Sequence record: OP778610
DNA length: 64,000 nt
From: Escherichia phage W70
Direction: 5' to 3' (one strand)
In this document: piece by piece, positions 26,754 through 36,060 of the stretch
How positions within the stretch are numbered: position 1 is the first letter of the stretch
Layout of the letters: the number at the start of each line of letters is the position of its first letter
Translations under genes and position numbers: made by a program
Notes under the pieces: model-generated
What the model was told of the DNA's origin: nothing
Seen by the model: only the letters and a program-made list of their open reading frames with translations
Database searches by the model: none

Positions 26754-27990
26754 TCTCCTTCAACTTGTCAAGATATTGTGTAACGTATCTTACTTTTACA
26801 TTTCGGATTCTGCTCTTGATCTCATCTGGACGTCCCGCGAATTTTTCAGAAATCTCTTTACTTTCTTTTGAGATTGCAACACTGTTCTGAATAATCCCCG
26901 CCAGTGCTGAGAATAATACCAGTGGTTGACTGTAGTTGTCAAACATTTTTTCAGGTCCACGCCCACGAGCATCACAGATGCAAGCGTCAATAAATTCAGA
27001 GAGGAATGCTTGGTCCTTTTCACCACGTAAGGCTACTAACAAGTCATAAACTTTCTTTGGCTTCATTTCTTTGATACGGTGAAGTCGTGTATGATGCTCA
27101 GTTACAGCTAAAGCCAACTTCTTCCAATTATTGGGGACACCAAAGCGATCACAAACTTGTTCAGTTAACTTGATACCATGTTCTTCGTGACCGTGCAGTT
27201 TACCCGTTAGCCAATAAATACATTTACCTAAGTCGTGACAAAGGACTGCCCACTTCACAGCCTCACTTGCACGAGTCGCCTGGGCATAATCCATGCAAAG
27301 TAAAGTGTGAACAAATGCATCACCTTCAGGATGGTGCTCCTTGGGTTGAACAACATCGTATAAATCCACAAGCTCAGGAAATTCTCCCAGTTGAGTCAAC
27401 ATACGGATCATTACCGAAGGTTTATTCATTTCTGACTGATCACTGAAGCATTTCTTAATCTCTGCAAATTTACGCTCTTTTGGCAATGCACTTAAATCCA
27501 CACTCCGACACATTAGCCAAGTGTCAGGATCAATTGTAAACTCACCGCCGTATCTGGCATGTAATCTGGCTAGTCGGTACACACGTAAAGGGTCTTCGAT
27601 AAATGCTTTAGTGGATACACAACGTAACCGACGAAGTTCAATATCCATTGCACCATTACAAGGGTCGATAATTTCGCCCGTGGAAATATCCTTGGCGATC
27701 GCATTAATGGTTAAATCTCTTCGCATCAGGTCTTGTTCAATTGTAACGTCTGGAGAGAACACAACTTCGAAATCGTGATAACCAGGGCCTGTTGATCTTT
27801 CCGTTCGAGCAAGAGCATACTCTTCTTTAGTGTTCGGTTCAAGGTACACAGGGAAAGCTGCACCAACCTTAGTAAATCCCTTCTCAATCATTTCTTCATG
27901 GGTCGCTCCAACTACAACGTAGTCACGATCCTTGCTTTCAACACTCATTAGTTCATCGCGAACTGCACCACCTACCAAGTAAACTTTCAT
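26740..27990 (-). CDS. cca: CCA tRNA nucleotidyltransferase with HD domain
   Basis: MKVYLVGGAVRD..DRDYVVVG head motif; HDLGK HD motif; close to recalled E. coli Cca. Confidence 0.9.
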   Translation of the reverse strand: MKVYLVGGAVRDELMSVESKDRDYVVVGATHEEMIEKGFTKVGAAFPVYLEPNTKEEYALARTERSTGPGYHDFEVVFSPDVTIEQDLMRRDLTINAIAKDISTGEIIDPCNGAMDIELRRLRCVSTKAFIEDPLRVYRLARLHARYGGEFTIDPDTWLMCRSVDLSALPKERKFAEIKKCFSDQSEMNKPSVMIRMLTQLGEFPELVDLYDVVQPKEHHPEGDAFVHTLLCMDYAQATRASEAVKWAVLCHDLGKCIYWLTGKLHGHEEHGIKLTEQVCDRFGVPNNWKKLALAVTEHHTRLHRIKEMKPKKVYDLLVALRGEKDQAFLSEFIDACICDARGRGPEKMFDNYSQPLVLFSALAGIIQNSVAISKESKEISEKFAGRPDEIKSRIRNVKVRYVTQYLDKLKESENG

Positions 27991-28028
27991 TCCTTCTTCT
28001 CCCATTCTTTCCAATTCTGCATGTCCGC

Positions 28029-28193
28029 TCATAGCCATCCCCTTTCTTTATACCCTTTTGTAAATCCTGATTCCCAATCTTGAAATTGCTCCGGCATGGT
28101 GTTTGGATTATACGGGTTGTTTCTCTTGAACATCCCAAACTTGAATCCAGCGGCTCGGCCCTTCTCGTATGCTGAACTGCTTTTTCTTGTCAT
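28029..28193 (-). CDS. hypothetical small basic protein (54 aa)
   Basis: Start at ATG after AAGAGGAGAA RBS. Confidence 0.4.
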   Translation of the reverse strand: MTRKSSSAYEKGRAAGFKFGMFKRNNPYNPNTMPEQFQDWESGFTKGYKERGWL

Positions 28194-28519
28194 ACTCTTT
28201 CTCCTCTTAAATTTAAAGACCAATCTTTTATTTCTTCTTTCCAGTTCGTATTTCTCTTAATGTCTTGCTTTTGACCGCGAAGATAGTTAATGATCTCAAG
28301 CGGGTCTTGCTTAACAAAAGAAATATTGTCGATCGGGCACTCAACTAACTTAAGCATCCTTTCAAAACGATTATACTCATCTTCTGATTTCGGTGCAACA
28401 GGAATAACATCATAATCTTCAAGATTGTCGAGAGTTTCAAGGGTAACCCTCATCTCGTAGCCTTCTAATCTCTTTGTCTTGATACCAAACACTCTTCGAA
28501 AGTAAATGTAATATTTCAT
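28190..28519 (-). CDS. hypothetical protein (109 aa)
   Basis: ORF. Confidence 0.5.
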   Translation of the reverse strand: MKYYIYFRRVFGIKTKRLEGYEMRVTLETLDNLEDYDVIPVAPKSEDEYNRFERMLKLVECPIDNISFVKQDPLEIINYLRGQKQDIKRNTNWKEEIKDWSLNLRGERV

Positions 28520-28572
28520 TATGTTCTCCTACTTAATGATCATCATTATACACATCCCTGAATTCAAGTCAA

Positions 28573-28600
28573 CAAAAAAGGCCACCCGAAGGTGACCTTT
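28573..28600 (-). terminator. rho-independent terminator (minus strand)
   Basis: GGTCACC-loop-GGTGGCC hairpin plus T-run. Confidence 0.55.
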
Positions 28601-28604
28601 AAAT

Positions 28605-29114
28605 TTAAGGGTGAATCCAGTAAAAAGGTTTTGTTAAACCAAGTTTACCTTTCGGGTCCCAAATGAAGTAGGCATACGCCGCACCATCTGTTTTCCCATC
28701 CTCAGTAAAAGAGGGTCGCTTGGATAGAGTAACCAAGTGATCAACAGGATATTCCTTCCAGAACTCCACACGTTTGGTACTCTCAAGGAAACCTAAACGA
28801 AGCAGCATTATCACCACATCAGCATCCTTGTGAGCCTTCTCTACAAACTCTTGAGCTAAATTATAAGGTGGGTTAGTTAACACACAATCTACCTTATTGT
28901 ATTTAGTTGCAAGATAATCAACACCTTCTTGAATCTCTCCCCAAGCTGAACCAATTGGCATTTCATTATAAAAACGTCCAGAGGCTCTGCAAGGTTCCAG
29001 ATAAGTCCAATCCTGACGGATTGGAACTAAATTCAAGAAAGCATCTACTGCCCATTTCGGAGTTTCATAGCGATCATTTTCACGGCGCTCTGCTTTAGGT
29101 TTCAATGCTGCCAC
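28605..29114 (-). CDS. putative phage Dam-type DNA N6-adenine methyltransferase (169 aa)
   Basis: NPPY catalytic motif (CVLTNPPYN); small size. Confidence 0.5.
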   Translation of the reverse strand: MAALKPKAERRENDRYETPKWAVDAFLNLVPIRQDWTYLEPCRASGRFYNEMPIGSAWGEIQEGVDYLATKYNKVDCVLTNPPYNLAQEFVEKAHKDADVVIMLLRLGFLESTKRVEFWKEYPVDHLVTLSKRPSFTEDGKTDGAAYAYFIWDPKGKLGLTKPFYWIHP

Positions 29115-29116
29115 TC

Positions 29117-29962
29117 TTATTTGCCCCCTTCTTTCGCCGCAGTGATGATCTGTTCAATTAACTCATCACGATAATAAACGTACTGTTCAACACCGAAACA
29201 TTCCGCAATCTCGTCTAGTTCGTCGAGGTTGTACTCGTCAAAGTCTCGTGGGTTAAGAGTAAAGATGTTGAATTTTTTGGCGTAGCCTTCGTCGAGGACG
29301 ATTTCAAATTCTCCCTCTCCGATTTCCTTCGCATCATCAACATCACTCGATTCGATTGACCCTTCAACCTTAATCCCCCCTGTATTTTGTTGATCGGCTT
29401 CCATTTGCTTTTTAATTGCTTCATCTTCAGCGGTCAAACGGGCTTGCATCTGAGAGGAAGTGAAGTAAATTTCGCCAGCACGATCAAACAGTTCAACGAG
29501 TTCATCTTCTGTCATAACACCCTTGTACAGATCGTAGTATTTCTCTTTGAACAGGTCTTTGTAGAAATCGCTACGTTTAAATACCAGTGCTGAATCACCA
29601 CCCATACTCATCTGAACGTTGTGGAACATGTAATGAGAACCTGGACGACAAATTCGAACATGACCAGACAAGAAGATCATTGTTGCAGCACTTGCCACTT
29701 CACCAATACCGTGTGTTACAACAGTCGCCTTTGTTTCAGAGATCGCTGTCATGTACATATCTGCGATATCACAATAACCACCACAAGAAGTAATGTACAG
29801 ATTTACAATATCACCTTCAGGTGCTGAACGAATCAGGTCAACAGCCTCGATATGTGCTTCAGGTGAATTGTGCAGATCCGTAACATAAATACGCCAATCG
29901 TTAGAAGTTACTGGAGACACCCAAATGTTTTTTGCCGGACCATTCATTACGATTTCTTCCAT
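29117..29962 (-). CDS. ClpP/S14-like serine protease
   Basis: YITSCGGY..THGIGEVASAATMIF..HNVQ resembles the ClpP core. Confidence 0.55.
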   Translation of the reverse strand: MEEIVMNGPAKNIWVSPVTSNDWRIYVTDLHNSPEAHIEAVDLIRSAPEGDIVNLYITSCGGYCDIADMYMTAISETKATVVTHGIGEVASAATMIFLSGHVRICRPGSHYMFHNVQMSMGGDSALVFKRSDFYKDLFKEKYYDLYKGVMTEDELVELFDRAGEIYFTSSQMQARLTAEDEAIKKQMEADQQNTGGIKVEGSIESSDVDDAKEIGEGEFEIVLDEGYAKKFNIFTLNPRDFDEYNLDELDEIAECFGVEQYVYYRDELIEQIITAAKEGGK

Positions 29963-29974
29963 ATTAATTCCCCC

Positions 29975-30445
29975 TTAGCTAATTAAAGTACGGATGCGGG
30001 TAGCGTTTTGCAGAACCCAGTCTACTACGACAGAATGATCAGAGTCAACAATTACTTCATGATGACGTTTGAACATATCAAGAATCTTTGCTGCTTCGGC
30101 AGTATAAAGTGCCGCACGATCTAAAAAGATAATCTGCTCTTTAAGTTCTTCTGTAATCGGACATAACTTACTTGGGACCTTGATGGCTGACAAATGTTCT
30201 ACCAACTCTTTTCGAGTAGAGAACATAATATCAACTTCCTGATCGATACTAAGAGAGCCTAAGAATAAGCGAGAAAACCATCCACGATACTCATCGTTGT
30301 TTTTACGCAAAGTCTTAATTCCAAATATTAACTCTTCGAACAGGGCTGTTGCAATTTCTTCAATACGATCAGGAACAATAGCCCCACAATTTTTCAATTC
30401 CATCAGTTTACGATGATCAACTGTTGCGTACATACCCTTATCCAT
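29975..30445 (-). CDS. hypothetical protein (156 aa)
   Basis: ORF. Confidence 0.5.
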   Translation of the reverse strand: MDKGMYATVDHRKLMELKNCGAIVPDRIEEIATALFEELIFGIKTLRKNNDEYRGWFSRLFLGSLSIDQEVDIMFSTRKELVEHLSAIKVPSKLCPITEELKEQIIFLDRAALYTAEAAKILDMFKRHHEVIVDSDHSVVVDWVLQNATRIRTLIS

Positions 30446-30453
30446 ATCACCCC

Positions 30454-30771
30454 TTAAATTCCGATTAAATATTTAAACTTCCCGTCGTTCTCTGCGATCT
30501 TGTGGATTACATAGAACCAATTTTCAATTCCGTCTTCATCTTCCTCTTTCACACGATCACCAGTTTTTAACTCAACCTCGGAAACGTACTCCTTACTTTC
30601 AAGGAAATACTTCCACTGAACCATGTCTTTAAAATTACAGATTAGTTTATTTTTGCCATCTGTCGTCCAAAGGTCCTGATTGACCCACATACCAACAACG
30701 AAATTCTTTTCTTTCTTAGGACGACCAAGTGCATAAGTGTTGTTTAACATCTTTGCTTTATCTAAGACCAC
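30454..30771 (-). CDS. hypothetical protein (105 aa)
   Basis: ORF. Confidence 0.5.
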   Translation of the reverse strand: MVLDKAKMLNNTYALGRPKKEKNFVVGMWVNQDLWTTDGKNKLICNFKDMVQWKYFLESKEYVSEVELKTGDRVKEEDEDGIENWFYVIHKIAENDGKFKYLIGI

Positions 30772-31375
30772 GTTTTGACTCCAAGTTAACTAAGAAACTC
30801 TCAAGCACTGCGATGTTGTCTTCTTTCCAAAGATTAAGTGTTCTTACACCATTCTTCTTTGCCAGATTGACTGCTGTTGCAGTGCCGCCTTTAGGATTAC
30901 CCGTCTTTGTTTCCTTTGCGTAGTATATCACAAATTTACTTTGCATCAAGTAGGCATTTGAAAGATTTTTACCAAAAATTTGGTGTACGTTTCTTTCGTG
31001 TAATTTCCTTGCCCCTTGACTCAACTTGTCCCATCCACCATGAACTTCCTTTATCCATTCCCATCGCATTTCTGTATGTTCTGGAAATTCTTTATCAATC
31101 GTGTTCAGGGAGATATTATACAGATCTTTAAGTCCTTGTCCACCTTTAAAGTTGTCCCAAGGAACATATATCTCTGCAAGTTTGCTCGGTGATTGAGTCA
31201 TATTGCAATCTTCATGAAACTTCTGCATACCTCTTTGGAAAGCTGCATCTGCACCATCTGCACCGCCAGATCGTAATGTATATCCGACCCTTGCTAATCT
31301 CCAACCCGCATCTTCCATAATTTTTAATACTTCTTCAGGGGCCTCCCTTGAACCTATTCCTGTATAAGCTGGCAC
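30758..31375 (-). CDS. DprA/Smf-like (SLOG) Rossmann-fold protein
   Basis: GIGSREAP..LRSGGADGADAAFQRG; start set at GTG after AAGGAGG RBS to avoid overlap with nrdG. Confidence 0.45.
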   Translation of the reverse strand: MPAYTGIGSREAPEEVLKIMEDAGWRLARVGYTLRSGGADGADAAFQRGMQKFHEDCNMTQSPSKLAEIYVPWDNFKGGQGLKDLYNISLNTIDKEFPEHTEMRWEWIKEVHGGWDKLSQGARKLHERNVHQIFGKNLSNAYLMQSKFVIYYAKETKTGNPKGGTATAVNLAKKNGVRTLNLWKEDNIAVLESFLVNLESKRGLR

Positions 31376-31376
31376 T

Positions 31377-31859
31377 TTAACCTCCTTCATCTTCAGTTGA
31401 CCAGTACCCATTAACTTTTTTCCAAAGTCTTTGGTTATCTGATCCCCTGAATCTTTTAGTTGTAGGTTTGTTTTCATCATACTTGCCATCCATGATTAAG
31501 TCAACGTATTTCTTTATTTCCTCATCTAAGTCTTGAAAAAGATACCCTGTCCACACCATGATATCTTTACTCTCACCAAAGCACGACTTTACTTCCTTGA
31601 TAATTCTTTTTACAACATCAATATTCTCAGGGTCAAGAGGTTCTCCACCCATAATTGACAATCCACTGATAAAATTTCGAGAAAGATCTTTTTTCAAACT
31701 CTCCATATCTTCATCTGTGAATTCTTTCCCATACCTGTATGACCAAGCCTTTTGGTTAAAACAACCCTTACACTTATGACTGCATCCACTAACCCAGAGA
31801 GAGGTTCTTACCCCCTCTCCATTGATGAAGTCTGTTCTTTCATATCCGCAAATGTTCAA
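31377..31859 (-). CDS. nrdG: anaerobic ribonucleotide reductase activating protein (radical SAM)
   Basis: CSHKCKGC cluster; 4-nt overlap with nrdD. Confidence 0.85.
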   Translation of the reverse strand: MNICGYERTDFINGEGVRTSLWVSGCSHKCKGCFNQKAWSYRYGKEFTDEDMESLKKDLSRNFISGLSIMGGEPLDPENIDVVKRIIKEVKSCFGESKDIMVWTGYLFQDLDEEIKKYVDLIMDGKYDENKPTTKRFRGSDNQRLWKKVNGYWSTEDEGG

Positions 31860-33934
31860 ACGTGTTTTTCCCTTTGTAAGACCTCCTGCATCTTACCTTT
31901 GTTATAAGGTCTTGCATTTGGTGCAGATAAATAACCAGAAACCCTTCGGATTACTGAAATTGTTCCCTCTTCTTTGTTACCGCAACAAGGGCATTCAAAA
32001 CCTTTAGCCGTTGCATCGAACTCCCCGCTAAAGTTACATTTAAAGCACTGGTCTACAGGTTGATTAACACCGAAGTAAGGTATGGTTTTATAACCGTAAT
32101 CGATCAACGTTTCAAGTGCCTTCATATTATTTTTCAAGTTTGGCGTTTCAACATAACCAATATTACCGCCTGAACTTATTGTTGCGAAACCGGATTCATA
32201 CTTCCACTTAGCGAAAGGATCTGAATGTTCCCAAACAGGTGCATGAAAAGAGTTTGTAAGATAGTCTCGCTTAATGGCTTCTGGATATTTTTCCTTAAGC
32301 TTGGTGGCGAAACGATAACATAAACTCTCAGCGGGTGTTCCGTAGAGGCTAAAGGAAATACGTGAACGCTCTTTAAATTCATCACATTTGATTTTCATGT
32401 GATTGAGGATCATTACCGCTAAAGCCTTATGCTTTTGCCCCACCATAATATCAACTGCTTCCGATAAGCCTACATATCCAATACTGATCGATGCGTACCC
32501 GTCATAGAATAACTTACTAATCTTTTCATCAGCACCCAATCTTGCTAAAGCACCCTCCATAAACAGGGTTGGGTTTTGAGATGCTTTCACATTCTTGAGT
32601 CTATTGACACGAACCATATGCGATTCATATGCGTTTTCCATGTGCTGGTCAAGAAGTGCATAAAAATTACCACCTTTGGCTTTATACTCTGCCGCAATCA
32701 ATGGGAGGTTGATCGACACAACACCAAGGTTGAACCTTCCATCATACTTCTCTCCATGTTCTGTCGTAAATTTGGAAAGGAAGCTCCTACAACCCATACT
32801 TGTAACTTTCCCATCTGAAGATCCAGTAACCTCTTTATTTAATGGCACAGAGATGAAGTCAGGATAGATCCTTTCAACACAGCACTGCATTGCTATTTGT
32901 TTAAGGTCATAATTAACATCACCAGGTTTCAGGTTTACACCATCTTGCAAAAAGAAGACAACCTTCGGAAAAACTGGAGTTACCTTATCCTTGCCAAGCC
33001 CCTCAGTATGGACCTTTAGATAGTTTTTGGTAATCATCCTACCAAACTCTGAAGTTTCAAGACCCATACTGATCGTAATGAAAGGCGATTGACCGTTAAC
33101 ACTCATTAAAGTATTAACCTGATAAACCAGAGTCTGCATTGCATCATACACATCTCGGTCTGTCATTTCCATTGCTAAAGATTCATTAGGTTTTCCGATC
33201 TTTTCTAAAAACTCGATATTCTTTTTGTGACTCATCTCAACATATGTTTTCAAACCCTCATCGATATGAGCACATGTTTGTCCTCCGTATTGACTGGATG
33301 CTACAGCCTGAATGATTTGAGTCAGAACTGTTGTTGCAACACCAATCGACTTAGGTTTTTCGATCTTCGCATTTCCAATCTTAAAACCATTTTCAAGCAT
33401 GTCCCGATAGTTAACAAGACAACAGTTAGTTAATGGACTAACCAAATAATCCAAGTCGTGAATGTGACCATAACCTTCATTGTGCCAAGCAGCGAGGTCT
33501 TTTGGCAAGATCTGATTAATACTGACATGCTTGCTTAAAATACCTGCCAGCAAGTCCCGATGAGTATTTACCAAATTGCTAGGTTTGTTTGCATTCTCAC
33601 GAGTAAATTCTTCAGCCGTTTGATCCAAAAATCCGCTAATATCTGAATAAAGTTTACCTTTGCCTTCACGAACTGAATCCCGATCATGACGGTATTCAAT
33701 ATAGCATCTGGCAACATCTTGAAGATTTTTCTGACTCATTAAGGTATTCTCAACAACCTTATGAATCTCTTCTACAGATATACGATCTTTATCTTCAATC
33801 TGACTAACGACTTCAGTAATGAGTTTATCAACATCGGCTTTAGTGCCTGCGGATAAAAGAGCGCCCCGAAGGGCTGCTCCGATCTTATCCGTGCACAAGG
33901 TTTCTTCACGCCCGTCACGTTTTGCAATAATCAA
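31856..33934 (-). CDS. nrdD: anaerobic ribonucleoside-triphosphate reductase
   Basis: Glycyl-radical motif RRVSGYLS; C-terminal CxxC..CxxC; 692 aa uninterrupted. Confidence 0.9.
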   Translation of the reverse strand: MIIAKRDGREETLCTDKIGAALRGALLSAGTKADVDKLITEVVSQIEDKDRISVEEIHKVVENTLMSQKNLQDVARCYIEYRHDRDSVREGKGKLYSDISGFLDQTAEEFTRENANKPSNLVNTHRDLLAGILSKHVSINQILPKDLAAWHNEGYGHIHDLDYLVSPLTNCCLVNYRDMLENGFKIGNAKIEKPKSIGVATTVLTQIIQAVASSQYGGQTCAHIDEGLKTYVEMSHKKNIEFLEKIGKPNESLAMEMTDRDVYDAMQTLVYQVNTLMSVNGQSPFITISMGLETSEFGRMITKNYLKVHTEGLGKDKVTPVFPKVVFFLQDGVNLKPGDVNYDLKQIAMQCCVERIYPDFISVPLNKEVTGSSDGKVTSMGCRSFLSKFTTEHGEKYDGRFNLGVVSINLPLIAAEYKAKGGNFYALLDQHMENAYESHMVRVNRLKNVKASQNPTLFMEGALARLGADEKISKLFYDGYASISIGYVGLSEAVDIMVGQKHKALAVMILNHMKIKCDEFKERSRISFSLYGTPAESLCYRFATKLKEKYPEAIKRDYLTNSFHAPVWEHSDPFAKWKYESGFATISSGGNIGYVETPNLKNNMKALETLIDYGYKTIPYFGVNQPVDQCFKCNFSGEFDATAKGFECPCCGNKEEGTISVIRRVSGYLSAPNARPYNKGKMQEVLQREKHV

Positions 33935-33936
33935 CC

Positions 33937-34683
33937 TTAATTACCTCCTTTAAGATCCTTTTCACGAGCCTTGACAACTGCCTTACAGAATGGACTACGA
34001 ACGATTTCTTCACTAGTCGCTTCAACATAATCGGCAAAGTCGTAAAGTTCATGACGATCAATGAATTCGATTGCCCATTCTAATCCAGTTTCACGATTAC
34101 GCATATCGTTCTGTGTGATATCGCCTAAGCAGAACAGCTTAGAACTTTCACCTTTACGAGTCATGATCGTGTAAGCCGTATCTTCATCTGTGTTCTGAAA
34201 CTCATCGACAATAACAACCGCATTATCGAAAGAACGCCCACGGATATATTCCAGAGGAACAAATTCAATGTTACCACAACCCAACTGAGTTTCAAAGAAA
34301 CCGTGACCGTAGCGTTGCTGAATAACCTGAATAAGTGCCTGAAGGAAAGGCTCGAATTTCTCACGGATAGTCCCAGGTAGTAACCCGAGGCTGTTCCCCA
34401 TTCCCAATGTTGGTCGAGTAAGGACGATCTTTTCAATCTTACCTTGCTTCAGCCAATCAATAACGGTACTCATAATGACAAATGTCTTACCTGTACCCGC
34501 CGGAGCGTTAACGAAAACAACTTCCTTCTCGTTAACCAGAGATAACAATTCCTTTTGGAATCGGTTCTTTGGAGTAATAGGTTTTTTCAACTCTTCATAG
34601 GCTTTAGGTGTTACCTGACGGCCTTTTGAACGCTTCTCTTCACGACGATCCTGACGAGATTTACGATTAGTATGACGTTGCAT
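33937..34683 (-). CDS. phoH: PhoH-like ATPase
   Basis: Walker A GTGKTF; Walker B VIVDEFQN. Confidence 0.85.
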   Translation of the reverse strand: MQRHTNRKSRQDRREEKRSKGRQVTPKAYEELKKPITPKNRFQKELLSLVNEKEVVFVNAPAGTGKTFVIMSTVIDWLKQGKIEKIVLTRPTLGMGNSLGLLPGTIREKFEPFLQALIQVIQQRYGHGFFETQLGCGNIEFVPLEYIRGRSFDNAVVIVDEFQNTDEDTAYTIMTRKGESSKLFCLGDITQNDMRNRETGLEWAIEFIDRHELYDFADYVEATSEEIVRSPFCKAVVKAREKDLKGGN

Positions 34684-34698
34684 AGAGTACCTCGCTTC

Positions 34699-35082
34699 TT
34701 AAGGGTAGAGTTTATGAGGGAGTTGGAAATGAGGACCATCTTTAAATGAAGTCCAATCACCGCCCCACTCAATCGGGATGTTTAATTCTTTTGCTGCATC
34801 CTTAACAGCTTCTGCCATCGGGTAATAATATTTCCAGTCCCAAGTAACCGATCCGTTAACCAAAGGCCACAAATCTACAGCATGTCCGGTCAGATGACGA
34901 CTATTCATCGTTTTACTCTTACCTTCTGCAACATACTTACGTTGGGTTTCTATTGTACGTAGACCTTCACCAACAGTAAAGTCAATCGTACTCTTTTTGA
35001 TTGCCAGTTTCACAACTTCAACCAAGTCGGGATGAACGCCCTTAAGACGTTCAATACTCCGTTTACCTAATACAAATCCCAT
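34699..35082 (-). CDS. endolysin, L-alanyl-D-glutamate peptidase (M15 family)
   Basis: SRHLTGHAVDL zinc motif; size and layout as recalled for T5 Lys. Confidence 0.8.
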   Translation of the reverse strand: MGFVLGKRSIERLKGVHPDLVEVVKLAIKKSTIDFTVGEGLRTIETQRKYVAEGKSKTMNSRHLTGHAVDLWPLVNGSVTWDWKYYYPMAEAVKDAAKELNIPIEWGGDWTSFKDGPHFQLPHKLYP

Positions 35083-35090
35083 TAAGTCTC

Positions 35091-35501
35091 CTAGTGAGTA
35101 ACTTCAGTTTTTACATACCCCAAGATCAAATCATCTTGGATCTCTTTCATCGCCACAGACATTTTCAACTGAACTTCAGCGATAGCTTCTGAATATTCAA
35201 TTTCGTCTACAAAGCGTTGAAGATGTTCAGTGGATAACGAATCCATATTTTCCACGATCGCATTCTGCATTACCTTTTCGTAATTTTCAGAAGTCATCGC
35301 TTCAACGATCTTCTGTTGATTTCGGACCTTAATGATATCTTCTTCTGTCTTATCTTCAATACCTTTCAGGAAGTCCAGCGTCATCACTGCCACTTCAAGG
35401 TTTGCGTCAATTGCCTTACCAACAACGTACTTTGCAATTTTATGAAGCAGACGCTCACGATCAGTCAGTTCTTTTTCAATTTTATCAACGGTATTAGTCA
35501 T
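35091..35501 (-). CDS. hypothetical protein (136 aa)
   Basis: ORF. Confidence 0.5.
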   Translation of the reverse strand: MTNTVDKIEKELTDRERLLHKIAKYVVGKAIDANLEVAVMTLDFLKGIEDKTEEDIIKVRNQQKIVEAMTSENYEKVMQNAIVENMDSLSTEHLQRFVDEIEYSEAIAEVQLKMSVAMKEIQDDLILGYVKTEVTH

Positions 35502-35794
35502 TACAGATCTCCCAGGTCATCGTTATTGAAGTCAAGTTCTACTTTGCTCGGCAAATTCTTTGCTACCAGTTCAGTGTAGCCACCAACGTACTCACTGTCA
35601 ATAAAAATCTGAGGAACTGTACGTGGAACATAACCAACAGCATCGCTTACCTTTTTAACCATCTCTTGCAGATTGCCAGAGTTTGCACCCACGTCAATAT
35701 ACTCATACTCATAACCTTTCTGATCAAGGAGGGTTTTTGCATTGTCACAGAATGGGCAGTTTACTTTACCAAAAATCACATTACTCATTATCAA
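35501..35794 (-). CDS. nrdC: glutaredoxin (T4 NrdC-like)
   Basis: CPFCDNAKTLL active site; TVPQIF and GG motifs. Confidence 0.85.
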   Translation of the reverse strand: MIMSNVIFGKVNCPFCDNAKTLLDQKGYEYEYIDVGANSGNLQEMVKKVSDAVGYVPRTVPQIFIDSEYVGGYTELVAKNLPSKVELDFNNDDLGDL

Positions 35795-35825
35795 TCTCCT
35801 TTATCCAGAAAACAAAACTATTTAA

Positions 35826-36017
35826 TCACACTTCTTTGAACGTTGCAAGCACTGTTGATTCAATTTCGTAATAATTTTCACGAACTTTGATATCTTCATT
35901 CAATGCCCAAGGTACACCAAGGTCAGTGCTTACATATTGGAGATCATCTGATCCATCATAAACAGAATTCTGTTCAAACACAAAACCTTCCACTGCAAAA
36001 GTACAAATAAGTTTTTT
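35826..36017 (-). CDS. hypothetical protein (about 63 aa)
   Basis: Possible GTG start after GGAG; uncertain. Confidence 0.3.
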   Translation of the reverse strand, partial: KKLICTFAVEGFVFEQNSVYDGSDDLQYVSTDLGVPWALNEDIKVRENYYEIESTVLATFKEV

Positions 36018-36060
36018 CACTTTTAGAATCTCCAGGTTAAGGGCCTTTCGGCCCAGCTTA

